64,000 nucleotides of DNA. Origin: Chlorokybus atmophyticus (lineage: Eukaryota; Plantae; Mesostigma and Chlorokybus algae). The notes beneath the pieces are model-generated. The model was not told the origin of the DNA and did no database searches. It saw nothing but the letters and a program-made list of their open reading frames with translations. Numbering within the stretch: the stretch's first letter is position 1; each line of letters opens with the position of its first letter. The DNA lies in assembly GCA_009103225.1 (NCBI GenBank), contig RHPI01002438.1, positions 304,750 to 368,749 on the forward strand. The letters run 5' to 3'. The translations under genes and the position numbers were made by a program. Below are positions 15,344 through 28,781 of this stretch, piece by piece.

Positions 15344-17610
15344 ATGCGCGCAGAATTGGCCACGCTGGCAGTGGCGCCGGCCCTATTCGCATGCATGCTG
15401 CTGGCTTCCACTGCCGCAGCTGTCGTGCTACAGGATGACTGCTACTTTGAGAAGAGAGCGTTGGACGGCAAGTTCTACGCCTATGATTTGACTCGCCCAC
15501 TGGACGACTTGCCGCTGGGCGTTGTCAGCACTGCAGGGTGAGCTGCTGCTGCGATTGCCGCTGGGCTGATGTGTGATATTGTTGCTGTCGCTGTTGTTGA
15601 CATGGTCGTACACGACCATGGTCGTGTACGACCATGTCAACAACAGCGACAACATCTGAAAGGTACAATTGGCTACGGTGCATGTTGGTGTTGTTTACCC
15701 GTATAACTGTTTCACGCTACTGTTAGTAGCTGTTAACTGAAACAGCAGCGTGGAATGCGTCGCAATCTCTGCTGCTGTTGCTCGTTGAACTGCATTGGTT
15801 TGAGCCACATGCACCTATACACGCAATCACTCGTAGAGTAGAAAACGCCTTTCTGTCGTAGGTGCACGTGTCAATGGTCGTGTCAAGGAGTTGGTACGCT
15901 TGAGACCAGTACGATGCTTGTGTTTACGCTTAGCTTCGTGTTTGTGCGATTGGTGACAGCTGGGGCATGCACGCTTGGCTTACGATGTTGCGTCATGGCG
16001 TTGGCAGGTATTATCGCATAGACAACAGCACGCAACAAGGCGAGCCCCTGAGTGATCTTACCGTGTGGTTTCAGGTGCGTCTAAACATACAAGCATGCCG
16101 AGCACACAGCGCCAGCTCACTTGCGCAAAGTGATTTACAAGTCTTCTGACAAGTGTCACCACGTACTTGGAAGTCACTAGCTCAGCCTCTGCATCTCTTT
16201 GCACTTGGTTGGTCCTAGGATGCATGTGCTTGCACAGAAGGTTTGCTGACACTCTTGCACTGTGCTGTCGCTGCCGTTGCAGTTGTGCCGCAGCATGAAG
16301 TTTGTCAGCTCAGCAGCTGCACCTTACTGTGGATCTCAATGCCCTCAGGTGGGCATATATACCATTGAAAGCATGCCTGTCTTTATGCAGCCTCACGGAT
16401 GGCGTTGACTTGCTTATTATGTGCCAGTCTTGCGGCGGCGATTTGCACTGCGGCGAAACCTGCGGCGCTCTTGTGTTGCGAAAGATTGAAGGTAACTGTC
16501 ATCGCACATCACACAGTGTTGCCTTGATGTCACACACATGTGCTATAACTTGTCAATCGCGTCAGGCTATCCCTTCTGTTTCACGCTCGGCCAGTTCGAG
16601 GCTTCAAGCCTGTCCTTCATTGGTAGGCTCCCCACACGCATGCGCATGCCATGACTACTTGTTTGCGACTTGAGCAAGCGAACGGCAACACTCATCGTGA
16701 GGCCATTAGATGATCGCAGGCCAGCGCTTGGAGTTGCAGTCAACATTTCGCAAGGAGATAATTCCGGCTGCCCTGCTGGGGTGCGGCGTTCATTAACGGT
16801 CAATCTCCTGTGTAAAGGCCAGGTGGAACCGGAGGTGTCCGGTATCGTCAGCGAACTCTCCCCTTGCATATATGTAGGCTACTTGGCGCAGCACTGCCCT
16901 TGAGAAGTACATGATTATTGAGTTAACCATTGTAGGCGCTTTGACTAATCACAACCTCCTTGCAGGTAACAGACATGGTGCACCCTGTTGCATGCCCGCT
17001 GCACATGGGGTCTGAAGAAAATAGATTCGGGGCGAGCACTGTCATCGTGCTGTAAGTGCCGCAATACCAAGCCTGCTATTCGCCCTGCTTGTTGCAACAG
17101 GGTGAGGTTTCCAAGCTGAGTCTATGTTGGTGTTCAGACTGATTGCCGTAGTTATACTGTACCTGCTTGGCGGCATCGCATATAACAACATCACCCAAGG
17201 CTCCACAGGGCTAGAGGTACTGTCGGTGTGAGATCTCATGATGCGTTGGTACAGTGCATACTCGCTGCAGCCGGTAGCTTCCCCACTTGACAAGCAATGG
17301 CTTATCGTAAGCTTTGTACAGGCCGTGCCAAACATTGACTTCTGGAGGATTACTGGCCAAGTGCTTAAGGTGACTGCTGTCAATACATGTTACTAGCATG
17401 CAGTCGTGCATTTCAACACAAGCGTGCACCGGTTTGCTACATGAGTGGGCAGACTATCTGCCACCTGATACTTACTCATTATGCCATGTTGTTGCTGTGA
17501 TTTCTTGAGGCCTGTTGTTTTTTTGATTGCAGACTTACAGCGGTATGGCGTGGGAGAAGGTCACGGGTTGGGTACGGCGTCCATCAGGTGGTTACATGCC
17601 GGTTTCATGA
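15344..17610 (+). CDS. ATG27 / mannose-6-phosphate-receptor-like type-I membrane protein
   Basis: Signal peptide; Cys-rich luminal part (DCYF..FYAYDLT, LCRS..CPQSCGGDLHCGETCGALV, GYPFCFTLG, LTVNLLC..ELSPCIY, HPVACP); TM LIAVVILYLLGGIAY; tail GLEAVPNIDFW and terminal YMPV (YxxPhi); exons splice in frame to TGA at 17608-17610. Confidence 0.8.
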
Positions 17611-17925
17611 TGGCCGGTGCTTGTACATGTGCATGTCTAGTTTAGGTGGTTTGATAGGTAGTCTCTCCTGCTCTAAGCGGTGGCAGGCCAGACATTTTGC
17701 AGTAAGGTGCTCGCTGTTTGTGTGTAACTATTGAGCTATAACAATACAGTTGATGTTTGCAGCCATGGTACGCTGTAGTCCGTATCACAAGCATGCCGCA
17801 GCTGGGGACTGTTCCAACAACATAGCATGGCCTCATGTCTCAAACGTTAATGTTACATGCACACAACAATTCAACGTGTTTACGGTATGCCTCATATGGG
17901 ATAGCATCCAAGATTATGAAGACCT

Positions 17926-20900
17926 TCATGTGCCTTCATGTCGCATGGAGTTCTCCAAATCTTCAAGGAAGGACAGCTCGGCTTCTCCGGGACTCCAGGT
18001 GCGCGTGACAGGGTTCCAGTTGTGGTTGTACAGCTGGTCACGTGCGATCGCGGTGGGCGAGGAACCTTGCAGCAGGGAGAGCGACGGCTGCCGCAGGTTG
18101 GTTGTCCCCGCAGCCACTCTCAACCGAGCCAGCGGCGATGGCGCTGATGCCGCAGCTTCCAGCTCGGCAGGTGCTTCATCGTTGTTTGCGCTGTCGGCCG
18201 CCACCACCCCCGCAGCCACAGTCCTTGGCGACATGGCCAGATGCATGATCCTGGTGTCCGCTTGCTGCTGCTCGGGAGTCTCCTCAACTTCAGTGTTGGG
18301 TGCATCTGACTCAGACATGACTGCTGCGTCTTCATTTGCACTCACTTCACTCCTTGCAGGTTCCAGTCCCGCCGCTTGCGCAGGTGTGCCAGCTGGCTGC
18401 CTTATCTGCATGGGATGCAACAGTAGTTGGCATCATGTGACTTCCTGTGTCGTCATGAGTTTTGTGCTACAGTGTTGTGACATGGATAGGAGCAGCCCCG
18501 GTATTTAGAGATGATTGATTCGTCTGTTGTGATGTTAGAAGCAGCATGGTTGCATTGCACACAGCAGGGGCACCGTGTCTAGACGGTGCATGCATGCAGC
18601 AACTTGCCTGTACGCCCGACATCTGCGTGCCCGAGTCAGCCACCTGAGGGCGCCACTGCACCCTGGGCTCCTTGGCCACAATGTTGCGGCCGGCAGCAGC
18701 TGCGATCGGCGCGGCCGCGGTGGCTGCAGCGACCATGGCGGCCGCAGCAGTGGGCCTGGGCATCACGACGGCCCTCTGCCTCACTGGCGCGGGCGCGGCA
18801 GAGGGCGAGGGTGCAGGTTCAACTGCGGGCGACGCTGGCACTGAGGTTACCGGTGGTGGCGACGGCACTGGCGTCGGCTGCGCCATGGATGAGACGGACA
18901 ATGGCGACGGGCGCAATGTTCGCGCGGGAGTGCCCTCAGTGACGCTTGGGACCCGCGCAGGAGGCTGAACCACAGCACTTGCAGGAGCCTGTGAAACAGT
19001 CGGTTTGGTGTTCTTTGTGGGAGTTCCAGTCTACAACCATAGACTGGCTTGCATGCTGCATACGAGTCATCTTACATCAGCCTTGTTTGCGGCATTTGCG
19101 GCAGCGGCGGCTGCGGCATTGAAAGCCCTCCCGGATGCTGTCTCCGCGTACCGCATCGACTGCGCGGCCGCTGGTGGTTCGGCCGTGGTGAAGGACGCCG
19201 TTGGCGCTGGCAGGCAGGAAGTCAGTTGCAATGGTATGATTGCACCTTCATCAATAGCAATGCAGGTGATGAAACTGTACTGACCTGCTGTGAAGGGGTT
19301 GTCAAACTCTGGCTCCCTGCGGCCCCACTTGAAAGGAGTCTGCGTGTGCGACAGCGTTGCAGTGAGTAACAGTACAGCTTAGCAGCAACAAGTCCTCATC
19401 CTCCCCAACCACGCAAACGTTTTTATGACTGCCAATGTGTGTGCAAACCTGGGGTCGTGGCACGTGCTCGCCACGGTGGCGTGCTCGGCAGATGCAGATG
19501 CACGACGCCACAGCAATAATGAGTAGCAGCGCCCCCACCGCCGCCGCAATGACCAGCCAAATTGGTATGCCCTTCGACTTGCTGCTTGTACCTTGCGTTG
19601 GGCGGGTCACACAACCGGCGGGTCAGTTCCCACTGGTGCACAAGGCATTGGTACGTTGACGTTGGTACTTTGACGTTGAGATGTGTGCATACCAGGTGAG
19701 GGAGCTGGCGTCTGTGCGGCTGGCGCAGTGAATGAAACCATTGTGTAGTCGCCGTTCTGCACGAAGATGGGGTGGAAGAAGATGCCGCCCGTGCTGATAT
19801 CCCTCTGGTAACTTGTCACCTAGCATTGTGTACATTATTTTGGGCGTTTGCATACACATCGCGCAGCAATTGTGTGACAGTGTGCTGATGAACATACATG
19901 CACTGACATAAACAGACACATGCACACAGCCATACCTGAATGCCGCCGATCAACATACAAACGCAGATCAGAATCGGAGGGTTAGTTGCAAGCAGCAGAA
20001 CACCAGGCCGTTGTAACATGCGATGGTGGTGTGTGGCTTACCACGCTGTCGGACAATTGCAATGCATCACCAGCGGGCACCAGCACAAATGTCACGTCCA
20101 GCTTGGTAGGGTCTGCTGCGCTGATTGTCCTTGACACTTGCGTAACCTTCACAAACACACGCACACCCACATTATGACTGCAGCCCTACTCCTGATAGGC
20201 ACACAACACCGCACACCCGCATGTCACACTCGCAGCATTCCTGCAGGGTGAAACCTGCAAGGCGGATATAGAGAGGCCGTTGGCGACGTCGGTGGTGAAG
20301 TCTGCAACGTTGGTGTCGAAGTCGCTCGCGCTCATTGCCAGCCGCACCACCACCGTGATCACTTGCCTGCACGCGCAATCGCTCGGGCGCCTTGCGTATG
20401 AGGCCAGCGGACACGCATCCGTGGTACACACTGACCAACAACATGTTCATCTTGGTATGACGGTATGACATTTGCTCCGCATTGTTTGAACAGACAACTG
20501 CATGCAATGCTCTGTCGTGGACAGTATGTCTACCTGGGCCAGAAGGCGGTGGAGGGGGAGAGGGAGACTGCAACGGGGGAGGCGGGGAGGGCGGTGGNGC
20601 GACAGCCGCGCGCTCGAGTACATGCGCGGCAGGAAGATCATGGAGATCAACCCCAAGGGAGGGCGGTGGTGAGGGTGAGGCGGGCGTGCCCGGTGGACTC
20701 GGGGGCGGGAGGGGTGGCGGCGAGGGTGGGGGCGGGTTTGGTGGTGGTGAGGGTGGCGGCGGAGGCGGCCCTGGCGGCTTGGGTGGTGGCGGCCTGGGCG
20801 GCGGTGTTCTGGCCGGGGGCGGCCTGACTGGCGGCAGCGGTGGTGGGGGTGAGAGGGGGAAACCCACCAGTGGGATTGGCGGGGGTGAGTCTGTACGCAC

Positions 20901-21031
20901 GTGTGTGAGTATCTTCCAAATGCATGTGTGATGGTCACAGCATGCACGTCTCTGCTGTCATAGAGTGGGGCTCTGGTTACCGGGAGGAGTGACGGCCTGG
21001 TCTGGGGAAGGACTCGGCGCGTCAGTCGGCT
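17926..21031 (-). CDS. Proline-rich (extensin-like) type-I membrane protein with SEA-like juxtamembrane domain and low-complexity cytoplasmic tail; 5' exon(s) not resolved
   Basis: SPPP/PPP exon (20482-20893), QVITVVVRLAMSASDFDTNVADFTTDVANGL exon, TM IPIWLVIAAAVGALLLIIAVASCICIC followed by RARHR, Ala/Pro-rich tail ending LEDLENSMRHEGT*. Confidence 0.7.
20599..20657 (+). other. 59-bp exact copy of an HSP90C exon segment (25862-25920) inside the Pro-rich exon, next to an N
   Basis: GCGACAGCCGCGCGCTCGAG...GATCAACCCCAAG identical at both places; N at 20598; GGAGGGCGGTGG repeated on both sides. Confidence 0.95.
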
Positions 21032-21313
21032 CTGCGCAACAAGTACACGGTTAAGACAATAAGTTCTGCACCATGATCAGTACTTTGTTTTGTTGCTGTT
21101 CTGTTGTTACTGTTGTGGCGTTGTAACGGGTTGATGTTGTAACATTATCTGAGTGCAGCACTGGCTGCGAGTTCAACTAGTGCCTGGTGGATGAGTAACA
21201 CCCTGGTTGGTCGAAAAGCATCCGATCAATGTTTGGCAGCAGGTGATGAAAAGCTAGCTGTAGGAACCTGTAACGCCAAGTACGGCAGGAGGATTGGGCT
21301 CCTTGCAGTAAAG

Positions 21314-21377
21314 TATCAGGAGTCTCTCGTAACACAATTGAACCATATCAGGAGTCTCTCGTAACACAATTGAACCA
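21314..21377. repeat. Perfect 32-bp tandem duplication
   Basis: TATCAGGAGTCTCTCGTAACACAATTGAACCA twice in succession. Confidence 0.95.
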
Positions 21378-22319
21378 GAGACAAGTTGTGCATTGGTCGA
21401 GCCTGCAACTGAGTGAACGAGCGTTCCAACTAGCTGTGCACAAGGATGCACGGCCAGCATAGCCTACAACCAACGAGACAGTTTTAGGGTGAACTACCAC
21501 TAGACTGACCCAGATCATGCAAAGCAAGCCTTAAGCCTCACGTGCTACTGCAGATCCAGCAGCAAACAGCAGAAAGCCCAGCACCGCCGCCAGACCACAC
21601 CGGTACACCACCAGCCTGGACCTGGACCGTCCCATGGTCAAGGCGATGGCGCCCATCTTGCGCCGATGTCAGGCGGCGGCGGTGATGGCCGCCTGGCCTG
21701 GCGTCGCGTGGCGTCCGCCCGGGCCTAATTCAGTGCAGTCATGAGAGCACTGCAGTGCATAAGTGGCATCACAAACGCAACGCTGTGCCGCCACGTCACA
21801 CCGCAGTCACGTGATCAAAGTATCTTGTGCGTTTCGCTGTGCGCTTTTGTGCGGCCGCGCTCTTAAATATAGCGTTGTGTTGCGGATATCGGCGCCGGCT
21901 GGGGTCGCGAAGGTTCTGCAGGAATCCTTGTGGCGCACACTGTGCAATGCTATCATTTCCACACAGGCGGGCATTCTACCCATGCTTGACGACGCGCCTA
22001 ACCAAGCTCAGGCGCATCACCGGCACTAACCGACGTATTAACAGTATCTCTTCTTGCAATAGGCGCATTGTATCAGATATCAGGTTGTACCCGCGTTATC
22101 CGTTGCTTCTTGGTTAGAAAGCGCGCGCACTTCTGCCTCGTGGTAATGTGTCGCGAAGGGGCATTGGTGGCGCAGATTGTTCACTTAGTTAGCGGCGGCG
22201 GCCGAGGCGGTGCTGGCAGTGTCGGCGGTGTCGGTGAGCTCATGCGTATAGCTGGCCCCGGGGCAAGGAGGTTGGTGTCTTGTTTCTCTCATCGCTGCGC
22301 ACATCACTCTTACGCCGCC

Positions 22320-25300
22320 ATGGCAACCGCCAGCGCGACCGCCAGCGCACTGCCGGAGGTGTCCACTTCCGGGCGCTTCACCACAGCAGCCGCCTCTGCA
22401 ACTAAGCAGGTGGGTTGGGTTGGCAAGCGTCAAGACGTTGCATGTATTGTTTTCATTAGTTTGTATTAGGTTCTTTCAATGTAGGTTGCAAACGATTGTG
22501 ATTAAGTTGACTGCAGTATTTGCTGCTGGCATGTTGACCTTGGCAAGAGTGGTTCTGCGCGGTTGATAGTATTGCGACGTGTTCGTGATGGGCGTGCATG
22601 CTCAACATATCTGCGCTTCATGCTACAGTATTTCAATTTGCAGCCTTTGTGTTGTGTAATATCACCAGCGACTGGAACAAATAGCATGGCACTTTTACTA
22701 CTGCACTGCTGCTTCCCTTTCGCCTCCAATATGTGTGCATTTACTTTCGTGCCTACTGCAAAGCTACCGAAGCAATCCTTGCCTTGTCATTGTGCTTAAC
22801 GCTTGTTACATGTTGCAACAGATTCGTCTGCACGTTGCAGGTCTCATAGTGCACATCGGTCCTGCTACTTACTACAGTGCATTTCCCACTCTCAACTGTT
22901 CAATTCTGGATTGCCTTCCTTGTGACATTCGCATTTCGTTGTTAGGCTCAACGAGTTGCAGTTGTTCGTTCCCATGCACCCTCACAGCTTCGCGCCCTGT
23001 CCTCTGCACGCTTGAGTTCTCGCCCCTCGTCCTTCCTTGGTGCTGCTGTAAGCGAAGCCACATGTGTGCGACGCAATCACAGCAACACGTCTCGCGGCTT
23101 CCAATCTACAGTGTGCGAAGCTGCTGCTGCACCTGCTGCAGAAAAGCAACAGTTTGAGTATCAGGCTGAGGTGAGATTGCAGCCCAAGCAAGACAGTTGC
23201 TGGTCATCGTGCACCTTGGTTGCATTGTGAGACAACAATACGCCTGCAGGTTTCGCGGTTGATGGACCTCATTGTGAACAGCCTTTACAGCAACAAGGAA
23301 GTTTTCTTGCGAGAGCTCGTCAGGTATGATTGGTGTTTACAGGCTCGCAATCTGTTTGCAGCTCACAGCCGTTGTGCTTGGACTACTGTTACCTTGTTCG
23401 AGACTCGTTCCACTAATTATCCGATTTCTCAACAGCAATGCTAGCGATGCCCTGGACAAACAGAGGTTCCTTAGCGTGACAAGCCAAGCGTCCCCATCAT
23501 CCAGTAGTTTGGATTTGGAGATCATGATAAAGGGCAATCCTGAGAAGAAGCAGCTCATCATCAGGTAGCATTTCCAACCATCAATGTAGTAGCACTTAAG
23601 AGACTAGCGCAAGACTAAGTTGTCATGCTAGTCTATTATGCTGTGTGGTTGTGCACTCTCTATGTTGGGATGCAAACATGGTGGTACACGCACTCACCTG
23701 GTGATGTCTGTTTAGGGACACTGGCGTTGGTATGACCCGCGAGGAGCTGCTCGACAGTCTCGGCACCATTGCAAAGTCCGGCACTGCCAAGTTCATGGAG
23801 GCGCTGCAAGAAAGCAAGCAGGAGGGTGATGCGGGGACGAACCTCATCGGTCGCTTTGGTGTTGGGTTCTACTCTGCCTTCCTTGTTGCAGACAAGGTGC
23901 AGCGGGTTGTTAAAGTGCAAACACAGAATATCCAATCAATGCTAATGTGTTTGTCACACATGCTGAAACAGGATTGTTGTTGCTGCAGGTCACCGTGCGC
24001 ACCAAGAACGACAAGGACCGCCAGTGGGTGTGGGAGAGCACAGTCAACTCCAGCAGCTTCACGATTGAAGAGGACAACAGCGAGGATCTGGTCAGGGGTA
24101 CGGAGATCATCCTTCACTTGAAGGAGGACTCAGCCGATCTTGCCGATGACAAGAAGCTGTCGGAGTTGGTCAAGACTTACTCAGAGTTCATCAGCTTCCC
24201 CATCAAGGTTTGGAGTGAAGAGAAGGTCCCCAAGCAGGTGTGTGTTGAAGTTTTGGTTTGTCGCAGAAGTATCTGCCATGGGAAAATCTTACACTTGCCA
24301 TGATGCAGGTGCCTGATGACAGCCAGCCTTTGGAGGAAGGTCAGACCGAGCCAAAGATGAAGACCATCTACGAGTCCGAGTGGGACTGGAAGGTCACGAA
24401 CGACAGCAAGCCCATTTGGGTGAGCATAGTCTTGTGTGTTGCACAGATGCGCGTGTGCGCCGATGCATGCATATTCTATGTTGCTTACATGTGCCTTGTG
24501 CAGCTGCGTATGCCCAAGGAGGTGACCAAGGACGAGTACGCCGGGTTCTTCAAGACCACCTTCCACGAGTTTGTGGACCCTCTGGCGCAGACCCACTTCT
24601 CTGCTGAAGGCGAGATCGAGTTCAAGAGCATTCTGTTTGTTCCCGGGATGGCGCCGTTCGAGAACCAGGACATGCTAGGCAAGAGCAAGAACATCAAGCT
24701 GTTCGTAAAGCGCGTGTTCATCTCTGACGAGTTTGACGAGAACCTCATGCCGCGGTACCTCAGCTTTGTCAAGGGCGTCGTCGACTCCAACGACTTGCCC
24801 TTGAACGTGTCTCGTGAAATCCTGCAGGTACTGTCTTGGTCATGATTTACACAACGTAGCATTAGGGTATTGAGAATGTCCTGGGTGTTGACACTGTGGT
24901 GATGTTGGACTGCAGGAGAGCCGTGTGGTCAGGATCATGAAGAGGCGGCTGCTGCGCAAGTCTCTTGACATGCTCAAGGAGATTGCTGGCCGCGATGATG
25001 ATGGCAAGGACTACGCCACTTTCTGGGAGGCTTTTGGTCGCAACATCAAGCTCGGTGTGATTGAAGATCGTGCAAACCACGACACCCTTGGAGACCTGCT
25101 GCGCTTCTATTCCTCCAAGTCTGGTGACAAGCTCACTTCCCTGGCCAAGTGAGTGACGTTTAACCCTTACTGGTGCGGGACATGCAAGCAAGAAATCTGT
25201 GCACCTCTCTAGTGCATGTGCATCTGAGTCACGAAGGCGTGCGTGTGACTGATATGGTTGTGGTCAGGTACCTGGAGGGCATGAAGGAGAACCAGAAGGA

Positions 25301-26233
25301 CATCTACTACTTGGCAGCAGACTCCAAGGCAGCTGCTGAGAATGCACCTTTCTTGGAGTCCCTTGTCAACAAGGGCTACGAGGTGTGCTAGCCGCATTAT
25401 CACTGCTGTGCTTTTCAGTACTGTGTTTGCTGTGAGTCAACGATGCCGAGCAAATGCAAATATACCCGCAGGTTCTCTTCCTGACAGAGCCCATTGATGA
25501 GGTGGCCATCACGAACTTGGCCACCTACCAAGAAAAGAGTCTCGTGGACATCACCAAGGAGGGGTTGGATCTCATTGGCGATGAGGAGGAGAAGAAGGAA
25601 CAAGAACAGGTATACTGTGTGATGCATTGCATCAGACAGGGGTTGGAGGGGTTACCAACAAGCATTGCGTGTTGACATGCTGTGCTTGGCAGGCTGAGAA
25701 GGAGTTAGAGGTGCTGGCCAACTGGTTGAAGTCTTCACTTGGAGACAAGGTGGAGAAGGTTGTGATTTCGCAGCGCGTGACCAACACCCCCTGCCTGCTT
25801 GTGACCTCCAAGTTCGGGTGGTCTGCCAACATGGAGCGCATCATGAAGGCGCAAGCCATGGGCGACAGCCGCGCGCTCGAGTACATGCGCGGCAGGAAGA
25901 TCATGGAGATCAACCCCAAGCATCCCCTCATTGTCAGCCTCAACGACAAGGTGAAGGCTTCGCCAGGCGACCCTCAAGCGCTGAGCATGGCAAATCTGCT
26001 TTTTGACACTGCCATGCTGAACAGCGGCTTCCAGGTAAGGGATGCATGATGACACTACCATTTGCGGCAGGTTCATCTGAGGCAAGGGGATGTTAACGTG
26101 TGTGTTTGTGTGACAGCTGGAGTCCAGCACAGAGTTTGCCAATCGCATTGTGGAGTTGATGAGCAGCGCCCTGGGGAACAGCCAGTCACCACAGAGTGGT
26201 GGCAACCCTGTTGATGCGGAGGTGCTTGAATAG
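22320..26233 (+). CDS. HSP90C: Plastid-targeted HSP90 (HSP90C / HSP90-5 type), about 13 exons
   Basis: Ser/Ala/Thr-rich transit peptide, [101 protein letters not shown]; no MEEVD and no ER-retention tail. Confidence 0.95.
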
Positions 26234-28781
26234 AGCGACTGAGTCTTGTTGCTAGTCAGCTTGCGCAGTTTTGTAGCCTTAGCCGAGGACAGTGTTGCGT
26301 GGCCAGTAGTGGTATGCGGGGTGTTCTATGCTACTATAACCAGTACCAGCAGCTGAAGGCACAGCGCTTCAGCAGCTGTTTTGTGAAGAACTGCTGTCTG
26401 CTGTGCTCTCTGTGGCAGTGTGGTATGGGAGTGACACATGCCTCACCCTTAGCTAGATTGCAAGAAGTGACCCGGTTGTATTTTGATACCATGGAGGAGG
26501 TTTGCTAATGTCCAGCTGGTGTTGTTCCAAGCTAGCGACAATGTGCTGGTCCAGCATGCATTTATTCACTAAGCTGTGCTACGCATGCGCAAAGTGCAGA
26601 TGCAAACACTCCTGCCAGGCCTGCGAACAAGCAGTAGGTTCTTAACTTACATACATTATGCATTCCCTCTTGCATCTGTTGTACACCAGTGGGCTAGGTA
26701 GGGGCCCATTGTAAGCTAAGTGCAATCCCGCCGCGCATTGTTTGTACATATGACAATGTGCAACATGTACACACTGCATTCATGTTTGCTACATTTTCAT
26801 GCATGCCACAATCCTTGCATACTATATTACACATAGGGTAGTGTACATAAAGGGGCCAGATTGCATATGTCAACAAGCACATAAACCCATCAGATTACAT
26901 GCAGCACCACAGCAACGACCGACTAGCTATAAACACAGTCGCATGCATGTGTGCAGCATGGAGGTGCGTAAGATTGACTGCATGTAATGCATGGCGTTGA
27001 AATGCATGCCTACAAAATTGTCGCGCTTATCCTGTACAACTACGGGGGCAGGGATCTATGTTTAAATGCGGAATAGGTAGAGCAGCAGGACAGCAAGGAC
27101 GGTGCTGCGGCAAGTATCTGCAGAAGTGCACAGAGAAGCACAGAGAGGGAGAGGTTAGACCGCGAGCATGACGACCAAGACCACGACCATGCTCTGGACA
27201 ACATGTAGAGTGGTTACCATATTGCAATGCTGTGTTTATGTGGAAGGCACGAGTAGTGCACCACAAAGTGAGCACCCCTAGCTCTAGAGGGAGGTCACTG
27301 TATGCTGTATGCTATCCGGCGCCCAAAGTCCTGCTTAATACTGAGTATGTCCAACCAATTTTGGTCACTGCATGCGGTATGCTAGCAGGCGCACAGAGGG
27401 CCCCATAGTTCTGGTTACCATCGATGGTAACAAACCAAAAATGGCCTTTGTGCATTTCGCTATACTTCACCAAGATGACAGTGGTCTAGAGCTTGTGATT
27501 GTCACCCCATAAGCCGCATTCGCGAGTATGAGCTTGGCTGGCATCTGTTTGTGTCCATGCCTTTAAAGCAATTGTGCAGATTGGCTTTGGTGAATACCGG
27601 TTCCGGCTGTCGCCTGTCCATTGTGCCCCCTCACCTTCTTAGCTAGCACATAGACAAGAGTCACGCATACTATCAAGTTGACACTGTCAAATCATTTACT
27701 TGTTGTTCAAGAGTCTGAGCCAGACCGGCGTGCATGCGTAGGATGCATGCCGGTCTGGCTTAGCGTCGAGAATTTTTGTCACGTTGCTGCTTACACTTAC
27801 AAAGTACCCATGCATTGTCACATCAATGCAGAGCTACCGTTGCAACTTGTCACAACTACGTGAAGACTGCGACAGCCTGCAAAGGCGGCGTCACGGAAGC
27901 CGGTTCGTCGCATGCGGCGAAGCAGCCACGCACACCACGCAAGCAGCCTGCAGTGGGAAAAGCTTGCTCTGGTACACTGTATCCTATCCCACCAGCACCA
28001 CCTCCATCGCCCCACCACAACCCGCGCAAGCCGCCGCCGCCGCCCAGCCTAGGCCGACAAGACTCTTGACTCAAGGCAGTGACTTCCTGTCACAAGACAG
28101 GCACAGCTCTGGGACAAGACAGTGAGACGCACTTGGAACACATGTTGCAATGACGGTGCAAAAACGCGCATACGCAACTTCGGCGTCATCGGGGGTTTTC
28201 TCTGGTGGCTGAGGCACGCCCGAGGTTCCATGACGCTATGCACGGAGCGTCATTAGGGCTTTGTGGTCGAGAATCAGGGTTTCGGCGGCGGGAGGGGAGA
28301 GCGCAGTAGGCAGTCTAGCAGTGCTAGCAGAGCAGAGGCATCGAAACAGCGGCAAACAATTCCAGTGGGGCAACTGAACCCCGTTCGCTTCCGCCAGAGC
28401 CGGCGGTGGCGGCGGCGGCGGCGGCGGCGGCGGTGACGGCGGGCGTGGCAGCGGCGGCGGTGGCGGCGGAACAGGCGGTTTGGGCGGTGGCGGGGTGTTG
28501 GAATGCTGGTGAAGGTGTTAATGCGGTGGAGGAGGCGGTAGCGATCCTGGCTTGAGTGGCGTGGTGGTGGTGCTGCTGCTGGACTCGCCGGCAGCCGGGG
28601 GCTGGCCCCCCCGGGGAATGCGTGGCTGCACTGACGTGCCGGGCGAGCCCTGTAGTTTAATTGTTGCAAGTCGTAGCTGTCGTTTCTGTTCCAGTGATCG
28701 TCGTGGTCGTGCCTGCCGCCGCTGCTGCTTCTGCTACTCGCGTCGTGGATGGTGGTGAGCTTGAGCTGCGGGGCGCCGAGG

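Noticed and set aside
21909-21924. Heat-shock element upstream of HSP90C
   Set aside because: Only two correctly spaced nGAAn units; expected by chance.
26300-28300. Short ORFs between HSP90C and the NST1-like gene
   Set aside because: No domain signatures or spliceable exon chain.
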